NCBI RefSeq assembly: GCF_032444005.1
Contig: NC_091283.1
Location: 627,998,001 to 628,062,000, forward strand
Origin: Ranitomeya imitator
Taxonomy: Eukaryota
Direction: 5' to 3'
Length of the DNA stretch: 64,000 nt
Shown: in pieces, positions 47,267 to 59,732 of the stretch
How positions within the stretch are numbered: position 1 is the first letter of the stretch
Layout of the letters: every line of letters begins with the position of its first letter
Program-made: the position numbers and the translations under genes
The notes under the pieces: generated by a model
The model's input: the letters and a program-made list of their open reading frames with translations, nothing else
Told to the model about the DNA's origin: nothing
The model's database searches: none

Positions 47267-47895
47267 CCATAAAGCACTCCATGGTTCAGCACCACCCTAC
47301 ATCTCCTCCCTTGTTTTAGTGTACCACCCTACCCGTGCCCACTGTTACATTAACGACCTAAGACTAACAGCCTCAATAATCCGAATCTCCCACTCCCGTC
47401 TCAAAGACGTCTCGCATGCTGGGACAATTCTCTGCAACGCAGTACCCAGATAAATCAATTAATTCCCAAAACTCACAGTTTTAAGTTTGGTCTAAAAACG
47501 CATTTCTTTAGACTGGCCTATCGCCTCACCTCACTTAAGTAACTTTTACCATTTTGCCTTTACAAAATTCTCTTCCAAATCTGGACTCTCGTACCTTCTG
47601 TTTACACCCTCCATGGAGTTAATAGCAGTCTGTATCTGTACTTATGCAGATACTGGCTGGTGACCGGTTCATGCAGCATTATGTGGACACCCCATTTATT
47701 AGAATGATGGCTGGATCATGCAGGATAAACACTTTTTACCATTCACCTTTCATGCCCCCCATATTTCCTCATAGATTGTAAGCAGGGCCCTCACTCCTCT
47801 TAGTATCTGAATTATGTCTTTATTGTCTGTATAAGTCCCCTCTGTAATGTAATGTGCTGTGGAATATGTTGGCGCTCTAGAAATAAAAATTATTT
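47267..47895 (+). mobile_element. Old L2 3' portion
   Basis: Diverged copy of the 45250-45900 sequence, with a degenerate terminal stem-loop. Confidence 0.8.
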
Positions 47896-49775
47896 CATTA
47901 GTGCCACTTAATTTTCCAGTCTTTTGTTAACCCTCTCCCAACTTTGAGGTATGTTGCTGCCATCAATGTCTAACTGAGTTAATTTTTTTTTCAAATGAAA
48001 TGGTAAAATGTATAACTTTACACTTCTGATCAGTGTTGCATGTTCTTTTGTCAATATATTATGGCCACACATACACAGTGTCAGAACTTTTTTTGGGATT
48101 GGTGATGTACAATGGGGAATATGGTATTTAACCCCTTAGTGACTGAGCCAATTTGGTACTTAATGACCGAGCCAATTTTTACAATTCTGGCCACTGTCAC
48201 TTTATGAGGTTATAACTCTGGAACGCTTTAACGGATCCTGCTGATTCTGAGATTGTTTTTTCGTGACATATTGTACTTCATGTTATTGGTAACATTTCTT
48301 CGATATTACTTGCGATTATTTATGAAAAAAAAAAACGGAAATATGGCGAAAATTTTGCAATTTTCAAACTTTGTATTTTTATGCCCTTAAATCAGAGAGA
48401 TATCTCACGAAAAATAGTTAATAAATAACATTTCCCACATGTCTACTTCACATCAGCACAATTTTGGAAACAAAATTTTTTTTGTTAGGGAGTTATAAGG
48501 GTTAAAAGTTGACCAGCAATTTCTCATTTTTACAACACCATTTTTTTTTTAGGGACCACATCACATTTGAAGTCATTTTGAGGGGTCTATATGATAGAAA
48601 AAAACAAAGTGTGACACCATTCTAAAAACTGCACCCCTCAAGGTTCTCAAAACCACATTCAAGAAGTTTATTAACCCTTTACGTGCTTCACAGGAACTGA
48701 AACAATGTGGAAGGAAAAAATGAACATTTAACTTTTTTTTGCAAACATTTTACTTCAGAACCATTTTTTTTTATTTTCACAAGTGTAAAAACAGAAATTA
48801 AACCATAAATTTTGTTGTGCAATTTGTCCTGAATACGCTGATACCATATATGTGGGGGTAAACCACTGTTTTGACGCACCGCAGAGCTTGGAAGTGAAGG
48901 AGCGCCGTTTGACTTTTTCAATGCAGAATTGGCTGGAATTGAGATTGGATGCCATGTCACGTTTAGAGAGCCCCTGATGTGCCTAAACAGTGGAAACCCC
49001 CCACAAGTGACACCATTTTGGAAACTAGACCCCTTAAGGAACTTATCTAGATGTGTGGTGAGCACTTTGAGCCCCCAAGTGCTTCACAGAAGTTTATAAC
49101 GTTGAGCCGTGAAAATAAAAAAAAAAATCGCATTTGTTTACACAAAAATGATCTTTTCGCCCACAAATTCTTATTTTCACAAGGGTAACAGGAGAAATTA
49201 GACCACAATAGTTGTTGTGCAATTTCTCCTGAGTACGTCGATACCCCATATGTGGGGGTAAACCACTGTTTGGGCGCACCGCAGAGCTTGGAAGAGAAGG
49301 AGTGTCGTTTTACTTTTTCAATGTAGAATTGGCTGGAATTGAGATCGGACGGCATGTCGCGTTTGGAGAGCCCCTGATGTGCCTAAACAGTAGAAACCCC
49401 CCACAAGTGACCCCATTTTGGAAACTAGACCCCCCAAGGAACTTATATAGATGTGTGGTGAGAACTTTGAATGCCCAAATGCTTCACAGAAGTTTAGAAT
49501 GGAGTCGTGAAAATAAAAAATATTTTTTTTTCCACAAAAAAGATTTTGTAGCCCCGAAGTTTTTATTTTCACAAGGGTAACAGGAGAAATTGGACCCCAA
49601 AAGTTGTTGTCCAATTTATCCCGAGTACGCTGATGCCCCATATGTGGCGGTAACCCACTGTTTGGGCGCACGGCAGAGCTCAGAAGGGAGGGAGCACCAT
49701 TTGACTTTATGAGTGCAAAATTGGCTGTCGTGTTTGGAGACCCCCTGATGTACCTAAACAGTGGAAACCCCCCAA

Positions 49776-50671
49776 TTCTAACTCCAACCCTAACCTCAAC
49801 CCGATCCATAATCCTAATCATAACCCTAACGATAATCACAACCCTAACCCCAAAACAACTCTAATGTCAACCCTAACCATAACCCTAATCAAAACCCTAA
49901 ATCCAACACACCCCTAATCCTAATCTGAACCCTAACCTCAAACCTAACCCTATTCCCAATACACCCCTAATCCCAACCCTAACCTTAACCCTAATCCCAA
50001 ACCTAACCCTAATCCCAAGCGTAACCCTAATGCCAACCCTAACCCTAATACCAACCCTAATCCAAACCCTAACCCTAATCCCAACTCTAACCCTAACTTT
50101 AGCCGCAACCCTAGCCCTAACTTTAGCCCCAACCCTAACTTTAGCTCCAACCCTAACCCTAGCCCTAACTTTAGCCCCAACCCTAAGGCTACTTTCACAC
50201 TTGCGTCATTTGGCATCCGTCGCAATCTGTCGTTTTGGACAAAAAACGGATCCTGCAAATGTGCCCGCAGGATGCATTTTTTGCCCATAGACTTGTATTG
50301 CCGACGGATCGCGACGGATGGCCACACATCGCGTCCGTCGTGCACTGGATCAGTTGTGTTTTGGCGGACCGTCGGCACAAAAAAAGTTCAATGTAATGTT
50401 TTTTTTGTAAGTCGCGTCCACCATTTCCGACCGCGCATGCGTGGCCGTAACTCCGCCCCCTCATCCCCAGGACATAGACTGGGCAGCGGATGCGTTGAAA
50501 AACTGCATCCGCTGCCCACGTTGTGCACAATTTTCACAACGTGCGTCGGTATGTCGGGCCGTCGCAATGCGTCCAACGCAAGTGTGAAAGAAGCCTAACC
50601 CTAAATTTAGCCCCAACCCTAACCCTAAATTTAGCCCCAACCCTAACCCTAAATTTAGCCCCAACCCTAAT
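49776..50671. repeat. Degenerate (CCCTAA)n telomere-like array interrupted by a MITE
   Basis: AACCCTAACCCTAATCCC... runs; 24-bp higher-order unit CCCTAACCCTAAATTTAGCCCCAA at 50596-50671. Confidence 0.85.
50187..50595. mobile_element. Harbinger-type MITE (409 bp) inserted at the TAA of a CCCTAA unit
   Basis: TIR GGCT(A/T)CTTTCACACTT; TAA TSD. Confidence 0.88.
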
Positions 50672-53536
50672 TTTAACCCCAACTGCTTTCCCCTGCCGGC
50701 CGGCAGATGGCGACAGATGGCGGGCGCACTGCGCATGCCATTTTGTTTCCCAAAGAAGACGCCGGCGGGCAGGAGAGGACGCAGGAGGACCCAGCGACAC
50801 CGGTAAGTATAATAGGGTCCCCGAATCCCCCCATTGGAGGACAGAGAATTACATCAGAGGACAGAGAATTACACATCGCTTTTTTTTTTTTTGCGACCGC
50901 CGGTAAACAGTTAATTACCGGCGATCACAAAACAGGGGTCGGTAAAACTGACCCCGATCATGTTCTTTGGGGTCCCAAAGATCCTCCCGATGCCGGCCGG
51001 CGGGCGCACTGCGCATGCGCCCGCCATTTTTTTGCCTGAAAAAGATGGCGGCACCCATCGGGAGCCACGAGGAGCACCGGGGGAGACAGGTGAGTATTGG
51101 GGGGGCTATCGGGGACCCCATTTCTCTGTCCTCTGATGTGCAATCACATCGGAGGACAGAAATTAAAAGGGAAATCGATTTTTTTTTTTGCGATCGCCGG
51201 TAAACGGTTAATTACCGGCGATCGCAACTCGGGGGTCAGTAAAAAAAACCCCGAATCATGTTCTCTGGGGTCTCGGCTACCCCCGGCAACCGAGACCCCA
51301 GAGAAAATCTGACTCTGGGGGGCGCTATTCACTTTTTCCACAGCGCCGTTAATTAATGGCGCTGTGGTTTAAGTACCCTTAACTGCAGCCGTTAAAAGGC
51401 GTATCGGCGGTCGTTAAGGGGTTAAGATGGGGTTGTCTGACTAGTGGACATCTCTTAATGCAGAAATTCTAAGTGAACAAGGTCTTGGGCTGTGTTCACA
51501 TCTGCTTTTGGGAAGTCCATTTGTCTGTTCCATTTTAGGAACAATCAGAATTCAAAACAGACTCATTGCAGAACTGATGCAACAGAAGCAGAAGGGTCAC
51601 ATTGATTATTATGGGGAATGTCTGGGGTCCGTTATGTGAGTTGTTAGAATGGAGATTGAGAACTTTTTAACAAACGGGCAAATAAAGCTTGTAAACCATG
51701 ACGGTTGCCTAATATGGTTTCAAGTAACTCCTGAGCCATCGATATGGGTGACTAATAACAAATCGTCACTGTCTGAAAAGAAGCCGGCATCGTTTTGGAA
51801 TTTCGTCCGATAGTCGCTCGTAACCGACTGTATATGGGTCACTAAAAAAAGGATTGTTTGTGAAAGAATAGCGTACAGGTCATTATTTTCTCATTGTTCA
51901 GAATACTCTCTATTCTTTGTCAACTTTTTAAAAATCCCCCAAACCCAATCGCAGCTAAACTTACCAGGGATACTGAGAAGTGGGGCAAAGATTTCAGCAG
52001 GTCCCATTATAAAGTGCCAGTCATATATAGCCTGTCAATAGTGTTTCTTTACTTTTCAGTGGTATAGAAATGAGTCACCATCCCCTTCCTCCAATTAATT
52101 TCAGACAAACACAGCTCCTTATAAGATGTTTATTGGCAATATACAATATAAAATAGACCTTATATCAAACATACATAATATACAACAGAGGTACTCCCAA
52201 ACCATCCATAGCTCCAAACAGGCTCCTCCGAATCTCAAGCGGAGATCCAGGACAGCTGGAGATCATGGATCAGAAATGGACATCCCAAATATACAGAAAT
52301 AAATAACACCATATACACTTTTATAGTTATGTACAGATGAAAATGCTACAATAATTTAGCAATAAATACCAGTATATATGTCCGTGATACAACCTGCATC
52401 AGTGACTCGAAGACAGATTTTCAGGAAGGTGGGTTCAGCAAGGCCAACCATGGAAAAGCAAACACCCGAGTGTTCACAGCGAGACCACCACATGGCACAA
52501 TATATGGTAATGAGGAGTCAAGGCCCTATTCTCTCAAGGCCGAGGTTTACGCCATGGGATTTAATTCTACAAAGGGATCAGGCTTTTTCCTCCACTTTCG
52601 TATTCATACAATATAGAAAGATACTCAATATCCTGATTTATTAGAAAAGCTCTTCAGCTCAGTTGCTTTTGATAAGTGCTGGCATGAGGATTCTCACCAG
52701 GCATCTTATATTTATATCTATGGTTCGGCTCGGTGGTTACTGGTGTCCGGCTACTACCACGTTTCCCCCAAAAAAGCCCAACCACAATTGTGTGGGCTTT
52801 TTGGAGTATGCTTAAAATAGAAGCCTTACTCCAAAAATTAGCCCTAGTTGCAGTTCAATAAGAAAGTTTCCAGGCAGCTAAAAAAGTTAAAGAACACAGA
52901 AGGACCCTTCATCAAAGAAAGAAGACACCCCCAAAAGAATCGCACTCACCAGACCCAAAAACAATTACAATTAGAAAGTGCCAATGGGGGATGCGCTCTA
53001 ACACAAATCTGCGCCACGGTCAGGTCCCTCACCGTTCCGGCTGTATTGTACTGAAGCGCTCGGGTACCGGTATCACTCTACTCCCGAGCGATAGTGCGTC
53101 CGGTCACCAGGAGCAGCCAACCGCTGTCAGGGAGACCCGATTTGTGTGCGAGAACCCACTCACTTGGCAACTCTAGTTGTTTGGGATCTGGCGAGTGCCA
53201 TTCTTTTGGGGAGCGACTGCTTTCTTTCGAGGGGTAATCCAATATGAGCAATCAGTGCAAGTACATAGAGAATAATAATTTAAATTTAAGCAGGTAAATA
53301 CAAAATGATAATTAAAATATAAATATATGAATTAGCCAGTACATGGCACCACATAACAAATAAATAGGGAAAGATATGAACATATAAATTACGGTAGTAA
53401 CCCAGAGTGGAGTATTTCATCAAATGATAAGACCTACAATTTACCTAACATGAATATGATAAATAGATGTGGTACCAATTCCTTTTGGAAATTGTAGGTC
53501 TTATCATTTGGTGATTACTTCACTCAGGGTTACTAC

Positions 53537-53719
53537 CACGGCTGTGGAGTCGGAGTCCATTGTGGTGGAGTCGGTGTCATGGATATTGAGGAGTCGGAGG
53601 GTTTTTTTTAGCGCTGACAGGGCTGTGGAGTCGGAGTCCGGGTCCATTTTGGTGGAGTCTGAGTCATGGAAATTGAGGAGTTTGAGTCGGTGGGTTGGCT
53701 TACCGACTCCACAGCCCTG
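53537..53719. mobile_element. hAT MITE (183 bp)
   Basis: TIR CA(C/G)GGCTGTGGAGTCGG; perfect 8-bp TSD GTTACTAC. Confidence 0.9.
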
Positions 53720-54290
53720 GTTACTACCATAATTTGTATGTTCATATCATTCCCTATTTATTTGTGGTGTCATCTAATGTCTAAGTCATATTTATATTTT
53801 AATTTCCATTTTTTCAATAAATTGTATTGTAGCTACATTGACGGGCGCATACAATCAGGAGGTTAATTGCCAGTAGCCAGAGTCAGGATGGATGCCAAGC
53901 ATAAGGAACCATTGTAATAAATAAAGTATATTGCATGGTATACATTTTTTTGGAGTGACCTTCTGTATAGGTTCGCCTTAGGACTCTCCATGCTAAATGT
54001 TAGCCTTCTTGAACTACTTGCGCCATAATAGAACATGCTTAATTTGTACACTAAGCGCTACCTTACCAGGTGAGTATATTACTGGGAACCGGTCATCCCC
54101 AAACGTTGTTAGCTAGGAGATATTGGGTTAATAGCGGCTGTACTGAAAGGGCGACTACGTGGAGAAAATTAACTGTATTCCTCCTGGGGGCTGTCAGCTT
54201 TTAGTATAGAGGCACCGTTCGCAGCATTAAGAGCAAGCACTGGCACAATGAATGACAGCTCACATGGGCATCGTTGCCGGGGCGCGCTTA

Positions 54291-54592
54291 GGCTACGTTC
54301 ACATTAGCACTTCCCGACGCAGCGTCGGGAAACGCTGCGGCGACGCATGCGTCATGCGCCCCTATATTTAACATGGGGGGCGCATGGACATGCGTTGTGC
54401 TGCGTTGTGCGACGCATGCGGTTTTTTTGCCGCAAGTGTTGGGCGCAGAAAACGCAACAAGTTGCATTTTTTTGCGTCCAAATTTCGGCAAAAAAAGGAC
54501 GCATGCGTCGCAAAACGCAGCGTTTTTGCGTGCATTTTTATTTGCGTTGCGTCGCCGACGCAGCGGCGCACAATGCAAATGTGAACGTAGCC
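54291..54592. mobile_element. Harbinger-type MITE (302 bp)
   Basis: TIR GGCTACGTTCACATT; TTA TSD. Confidence 0.88.
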
Positions 54593-57592
54593 TTACAGTC
54601 ACAGCTCACAGTATACTGAGCGGTGACAACCCACTCTATGCACACCCCCATGACTGAAAGCCAGCAACCATTCTCGGCTTACACAGTATGATGCTCTGCC
54701 AAAATGATGATCTTTTAAGCAAGAAAACCAAGGGATCATTTTATGAAAGCCGGTTTCGCTCATTAATCGGGTGATCAGCGCTGTTTAGACCCTACGATTA
54801 TTGGGAATCGTGTAACTGCCCCCTTACTAGTGCTTACATTTTCTGTAAAAATATGACGACAGGTCAAATATTGGCACATCTACCTACATTTTGGGGGGCC
54901 CAGTTGACCATGTATGCTTTTTAAATAGTTGACTGCTATTTATCTGTTAATTTCACTGTAAATATTATGGGCAGATTGACCTAATTAACATAAAAGGATG
55001 CTCCACCAACATAAGGCTGTAAAATACTCCTATGATCTATGCTGATTACAATGGTCTTTGATTTAGGGAACCTGTCATGTTGAAAATGGTATCTGATCTG
55101 TAGGCCAGGTATTATAGAGCAGGAGCTGAGCAGATGGATAGACACTTTTGTGGGAAATGTTTCAGTAGAACGTTCATTTTATTCAGTGAAATCCTTGGTG
55201 TTTGTATACATACAAGTCCAGTGGGCGGTCCTACCAGTGATTGACAGTCTTCCCTGTATGACTGTGCTGGCAGAGAGAGTGGTCAGTCACTAGTAGGACC
55301 GCCCACTGGACTCATGTGTAGGAAGAAATTAGCTCGTTTTCTCCAGTAGCCGCACTTTCAGTAAGGTGGCCGGACATCTGTTCTTTTGCATCTGCACCAC
55401 TTTAAGTGACATGACTGGTACAGAGTGCCAAGGTATAGAAACATTTGAAAAACAGTATATTTAGTGAACGCTCAGCCCTGTTAACCTTTGGCATAATACC
55501 ATAATCTGATAACTAATCAGAAGGTCATCAATATGTGTGTAATATGCCATACAAAGCACAAATGTCTAGAATGGGCAGCAGCATCAAGAACGGGAGGTAA
55601 GAACGTTCCAGACGTGACCTTCTGTTAGTCTTGTTTCCCATCATATTTCAGGTCCATGTTCCCTCCTGTATTGGATTCCTCAGTTGGCAATGCAATGCAG
55701 ATGTGAACACAGACCATGGACAGTCACAACAATGTAAGCAACACACCTTATATACGTATGATTGGATATATTCGGTTGTATTGATCATTCTATGACAACG
55801 CATATTTGCGCCATAAAATATCCTATACATAACATAAATCAAAAAGAATTTTTGAAACCTGTTGGACCCTAATAATTTACAACATCATCACAATTAAAAC
55901 CAACTGGTTGCACACATATCACTATTAATACAGGGCTCCTCATTTTGCTTACAAAGCAAATTATTAGGAATGATGACATCATCAATATGTCCAGTGATGT
56001 CACGAATACTCATACCCATATTGGGCATCTGCTTTCTATGCTCTATGAACAGCTGTACCTTACAAATAACAGAATAATATACCCCATCTCACTTGTACAA
56101 TGCCACCAGTAGGAACGTGGCCAACATTACTCTGCAGATTCTGACTTTCATTAGACCCAAGTTGTGGAAGACCAGAAGTGGAAGGCGGTTTAGTGAACAG
56201 ATTTTAACTGGTACATTTTTTTCGGAGCTCAAAAGGTAATCTACTTGACTTAGGATCTACAAACGTTACTATCAAATGCTAATGATAAAAGGCTTTAAAT
56301 TGTGATATCTGATCATAAATTATAAATAAATTGGATCATGGCATGATTGGTATAGCTCCTCTCAAGACAATCCCACCACTATTAACCACCTTTCTGGTTT
56401 AGGTGGCCTCTGTTAAAAGTGTAGAAATGACCCTAGTGACTTTCATACAGAAAGCTTCAAGCGACTCTGTTAGCAAAGAATGACTGTTCAAACCAAGCAC
56501 TGGCACTCAGTAAGTCCCACCTACTTATTTTGCATCCATCTCCACCCTCTTGCTGGTCTATAAAGCCAGAGCTGTCGATCAAAAGAGGGGGCTGAGATAG
56601 AGGGAAAACAAGCGGGTGAAAAGGTGCACTTAAATGATTGGCCCCGCCATGGTGCACAAAGCGCTTGTACTTGGTTTGAACAGTCATTCGGTGCTGACAC
56701 AGTCCGTTTCAGCACAACTTACAAAGGTCTGGAAATTTTGGACTGGGCCACATGGTTATTACTCGATAAGTACAGTGTATATACCCTCAGAGTACAAAAA
56801 TGCTGTTCCCATCAAAGCAACGTGAAAGCAGCCATCAACATTTTCGAATACATAAAATTTGGCACAGAAACGCCACCAACTTCAAAAGATATCTCACCAC
56901 ATTGATAACAAACCATAACATTCACTAGCCCAAGTGACAACTGCACACTGACCACAACAGAACGCATACTCGGACAACACAGGACAGCACGCCGACCCAG
57001 AAGCTGCGTGACCACACAACCACGAATCCAAAAAGGAGCAGCATAGTCTGAAATCACAAACTACACGACACGCGGAAGAACTGCATACAAGGGCGCCAGT
57101 CACTATTCCACAAAGAAGCAGAACCACCGGCATCGCACAGTACAGACGGAGCCACAACACCGCGTACTTCAAGTATCCACTGCACACACCGATCCAGGAC
57201 GAGTAGCACAACCTGACGTCACACTATACACTGAAGGCTCAACGGGACGGAAACACAGACAAAGCCTACTTTCAAGTGTGGAAACTAAAGCTGGTGACTT
57301 TGCAGCTCTATCACTAGCCATTCTGATTGCCAAGGTTTGGACTGTGTGCTGACACACCGCGTCATGAAGCTTAGTGCGAGACCTCCCACTAATTGTCACT
57401 TCCACTCCTGCTGCAAAGACACAAATGCCGAAAAGTCATATTCCCAGCCACAGAACCCAAAACCCCAACTTCTTCTACAGATTATACCACCGAGTGTCTA
57501 GAAACCTTTCCAGTAGCTAAGGAAATCTTTGGGTACATGAGCTTTGGGAAATGCTTGGGGAGGTCAGTAGTGGCATCCTGTTTGGCGCACCA

Positions 57593-58045
57593 CTAAGAAC
57601 GTGCCTCTGTTTTAGACTTCACTATGGTAATGACACTAGTGGCAGCTACTTTCCCTGGTATAAGAGGCCTCATGCCAGGTGTATATGCCCCCCTCGGAGG
57701 GTTGATGGGATTCCTCGCTACAGTCCTGGCAAAGTTCTGCAGGGCTTCATACTTTGACCTTAGAGAGTCCAGCTCTTGGCGCATGCTAGCATTCTCAGAG
57801 GCGAGCTTCTCCACCTCCTGCTGCAATTCTGCCTTCTGCTTCTCCAGTTCTTCTTTTTGCGTTACCCGCTTTACCCTGCAGCTTGCAGCATAGCCACGGT
57901 TCTTTAGCGTACGTCGTCGTTGCTTCAGCTGGATGATCTCCTCCTTGGTCAAACCACGGAGATGCTGGTTCAGCTCCCGCACAGACATGGTGACCAATTC
58001 TTCATCCGTAAGACTGGTTCCATTCTCCCCGGGCTCCCTCTTTAC
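57593..58045 (-). CDS. MAFG: MAFG last coding exon (extended homology region, basic region, leucine zipper)
   Basis: Acceptor catttag|; TAG at 57593-57595; VKRE sumoylation-type motif at the exon start. Confidence 0.96.
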   Translation of the reverse strand, partial: VKREPGENGTSLTDEELVTMSVRELNQHLRGLTKEEIIQLKQRRRTLKNRGYAASCRVKRVTQKEELEKQKAELQQEVEKLASENASMRQELDSLRSKYEALQNFARTVARNPINPPRGAYTPGMRPLIPGKVAATSVITIVKSKTEARS

Positions 58046-59477
58046 CTAAATGTAAAGCAGAAAAATAGTACAAATCGCACCAGAAAGATGCACACTAACG
58101 CTTGTCAAAGGTTTGATGTCCTAATATGCCATGTGATGGATGGTATTTATGGAAGTATTCATGCCCCTTAGTGGGTACACATCATCTTCATTGTGTTACC
58201 GGAGATCAAACTCCTCACAAGGCAAACGTCATCGTGAGGTTGTGTGAACTGACCCAACATCAAGGATGAAATGCCAGAAAACTACCAAATCAAGGGGACA
58301 GAAATAGTGAATCTATTGACAAGTCATTAAAACAGCAATGTTAGATGAAGGAAAAAAGATGGTTAGGGACAACTATACAATCTGGGGGCTTCTGTCATGA
58401 TCCCAATGGCAGGGGATCACAAAAGGACAAGCACAAAAACAAAACAAGCTCTAGGGTGATGGAACCTGAGCTGACCGCGATCCTGAACCTAAACACACAA
58501 CTAGCAGTAGCCGGGGAACGTGCCTACGATGATTCCTAGACGTCTCGCGCCAGCCGAAGGATTAACTTCCCCTATTAGAAGAAACACAGACCTCACTTGC
58601 CTCCAGAGAAACACCCCACAGAAATAGCAGCCCCTCACACGCAATAACGGTGAAACGAGAGAAAAGCACATACGCAGTTATGAAAACAGAATCAGCAAAA
58701 ATGAGGCCCGCTAAAGCTAGATAGCAGAGGATACAAAAGTGAACTGCGCGGTCAGCGAAAAACCCTTCAAAAAACCATCCTGAAATTACTTGAACTCATG
58801 TGCCAACTCATGGAACATGAGGAGTAATTTCAGCCCACTAGAGCAACCAGCAGCAAGGAATCACATATCTGCAAGCTGGACTAAGACAAAAATAAAGCAA
58901 AACGTGGAACAGGAAAAATCAAAACTTAGCTTGTCCTGAAGATAACAGACGCAGGGAGCAGAGGTAAAAAGACACGCTGATTACATTGATAGCCGGCGAG
59001 GAAATGACAAAAAAGCCAGGTTAAATAGGAAACTCCCATAACCTGATGGAACAGGTGGACACCAGAGACCGCAGAGAACACAAGTCACCCAGTACCATCA
59101 GTAACCACCGGAGGGAGCCCAAAAACAGAACTCACAACAGGCTTCACAGCAATTGATCCCCCATCATTCTATAAGTTATCACCACCCTGTGGAGCCAGAA
59201 TACTTTTTTAATTCTGAGGTGTGAAAGCAGCCTAAAAATTATCTTCTGGTTTAACAGCCTACTTACAATTCAGATGAATACAACTGTTGGAGACTATGGC
59301 AGCCTGGTCAACTTTAGTTTTGTGATCTCCAAGACAAAAGCTGAGAAGGCATTTGTCTTATGCACGGCACGTGGACCACCAGCAATGCATCCATGATTAG
59401 ATCCGGGGCCTACACCAAATGTAAGGGGGTGTTCTTACCTTCAGAGCTTTGCTGTTTCCCTTGCTGAGAGTCGTCAT
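57593..59477 (-). CDS. MAFG: Small Maf bZIP transcription factor MafG, 2 coding exons, 492 nt = 163 aa
   Basis: Join of 59439-59477 ([13 protein letters not shown]) and 57593-58045 ([31 protein letters not shown]...[14 protein letters not shown]...[10 protein letters not shown]). GT-AG intron. The N- and C-termini fit MafG rather than MafK or MafF. Confidence 0.96.
58393..59139. mobile_element. Solo LTR (747 bp) in MAFG intron between the two coding exons
   Basis: TG...CA ends (TGTCATGA ... TCACAACA); 6-bp TSD GGCTTC on both sides. Confidence 0.82.
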
Positions 59478-59502
59478 ACCCTGGGAACCGTGTGTCAGCA
59501 AA
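59439..59502 (-). CDS. MAFG: MAFG first coding exon (25 nt 5'UTR + 39 nt CDS, ATG at 59477)
   Basis: Acceptor ctctctgtag| at 59503; donor AAG|GTAAGA. Confidence 0.93.
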
Positions 59503-59719
59503 CTACAGAGAGAGGAAGCAATGTGTTAGTCTGACCTCGAAAACCTGGCCTCTCAGCACATCATCTCATCTGCCCCCTAACCTATTGCTGTCTATGTGTC
59601 CTGCGGTCCTGATCTCTCACCCAATTTAATAAAGATGAGGACAAAGGCAATTACAATCCCCAGTGGACTTAACTTTAAAAATAAGCTGGGAGGGAAAGAG
59701 AAGCCGAGCAGGCGAGTCA

Positions 59720-59732
59720 TGCTGAGTCAGCA
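59720..59732. promoter_or_regulatory. Perfect palindromic T-MARE (TGCTGAGTCAGCA) upstream of MAFG first coding exon
   Basis: Exact 13-bp match to the TRE-type Maf recognition element, 218 bp from the acceptor at 59503. Confidence 0.8.

Larger units (their letters stand above)
48132..51421. mobile_element. Non-autonomous piggyBac-like element (3.29 kb) with ~400-bp internal triplication and telomere-like array
   Basis: TTAA on both sides (48128-48131, 51422-51425); TIR CCCCTTA(GT/AC)GAC; no transposase ORF. Confidence 0.85.

Noticed and set aside
49950-50800. GL/PT-repeat ORFs (GLGLGL..., PTLTL...)
   Set aside because: Translations of the telomere-like array and the inserted MITE.
52760-52840. 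Overlapping hairpins (AAAAAGCCCA/TGGGCTTTTT; TTTTGGAGTA/TACTCCAAAA) next to a GAAACG motif
   Set aside because: No hammerhead 5' core in the right place; could be a repeat remnant or chance. Not supportable as a structured RNA.
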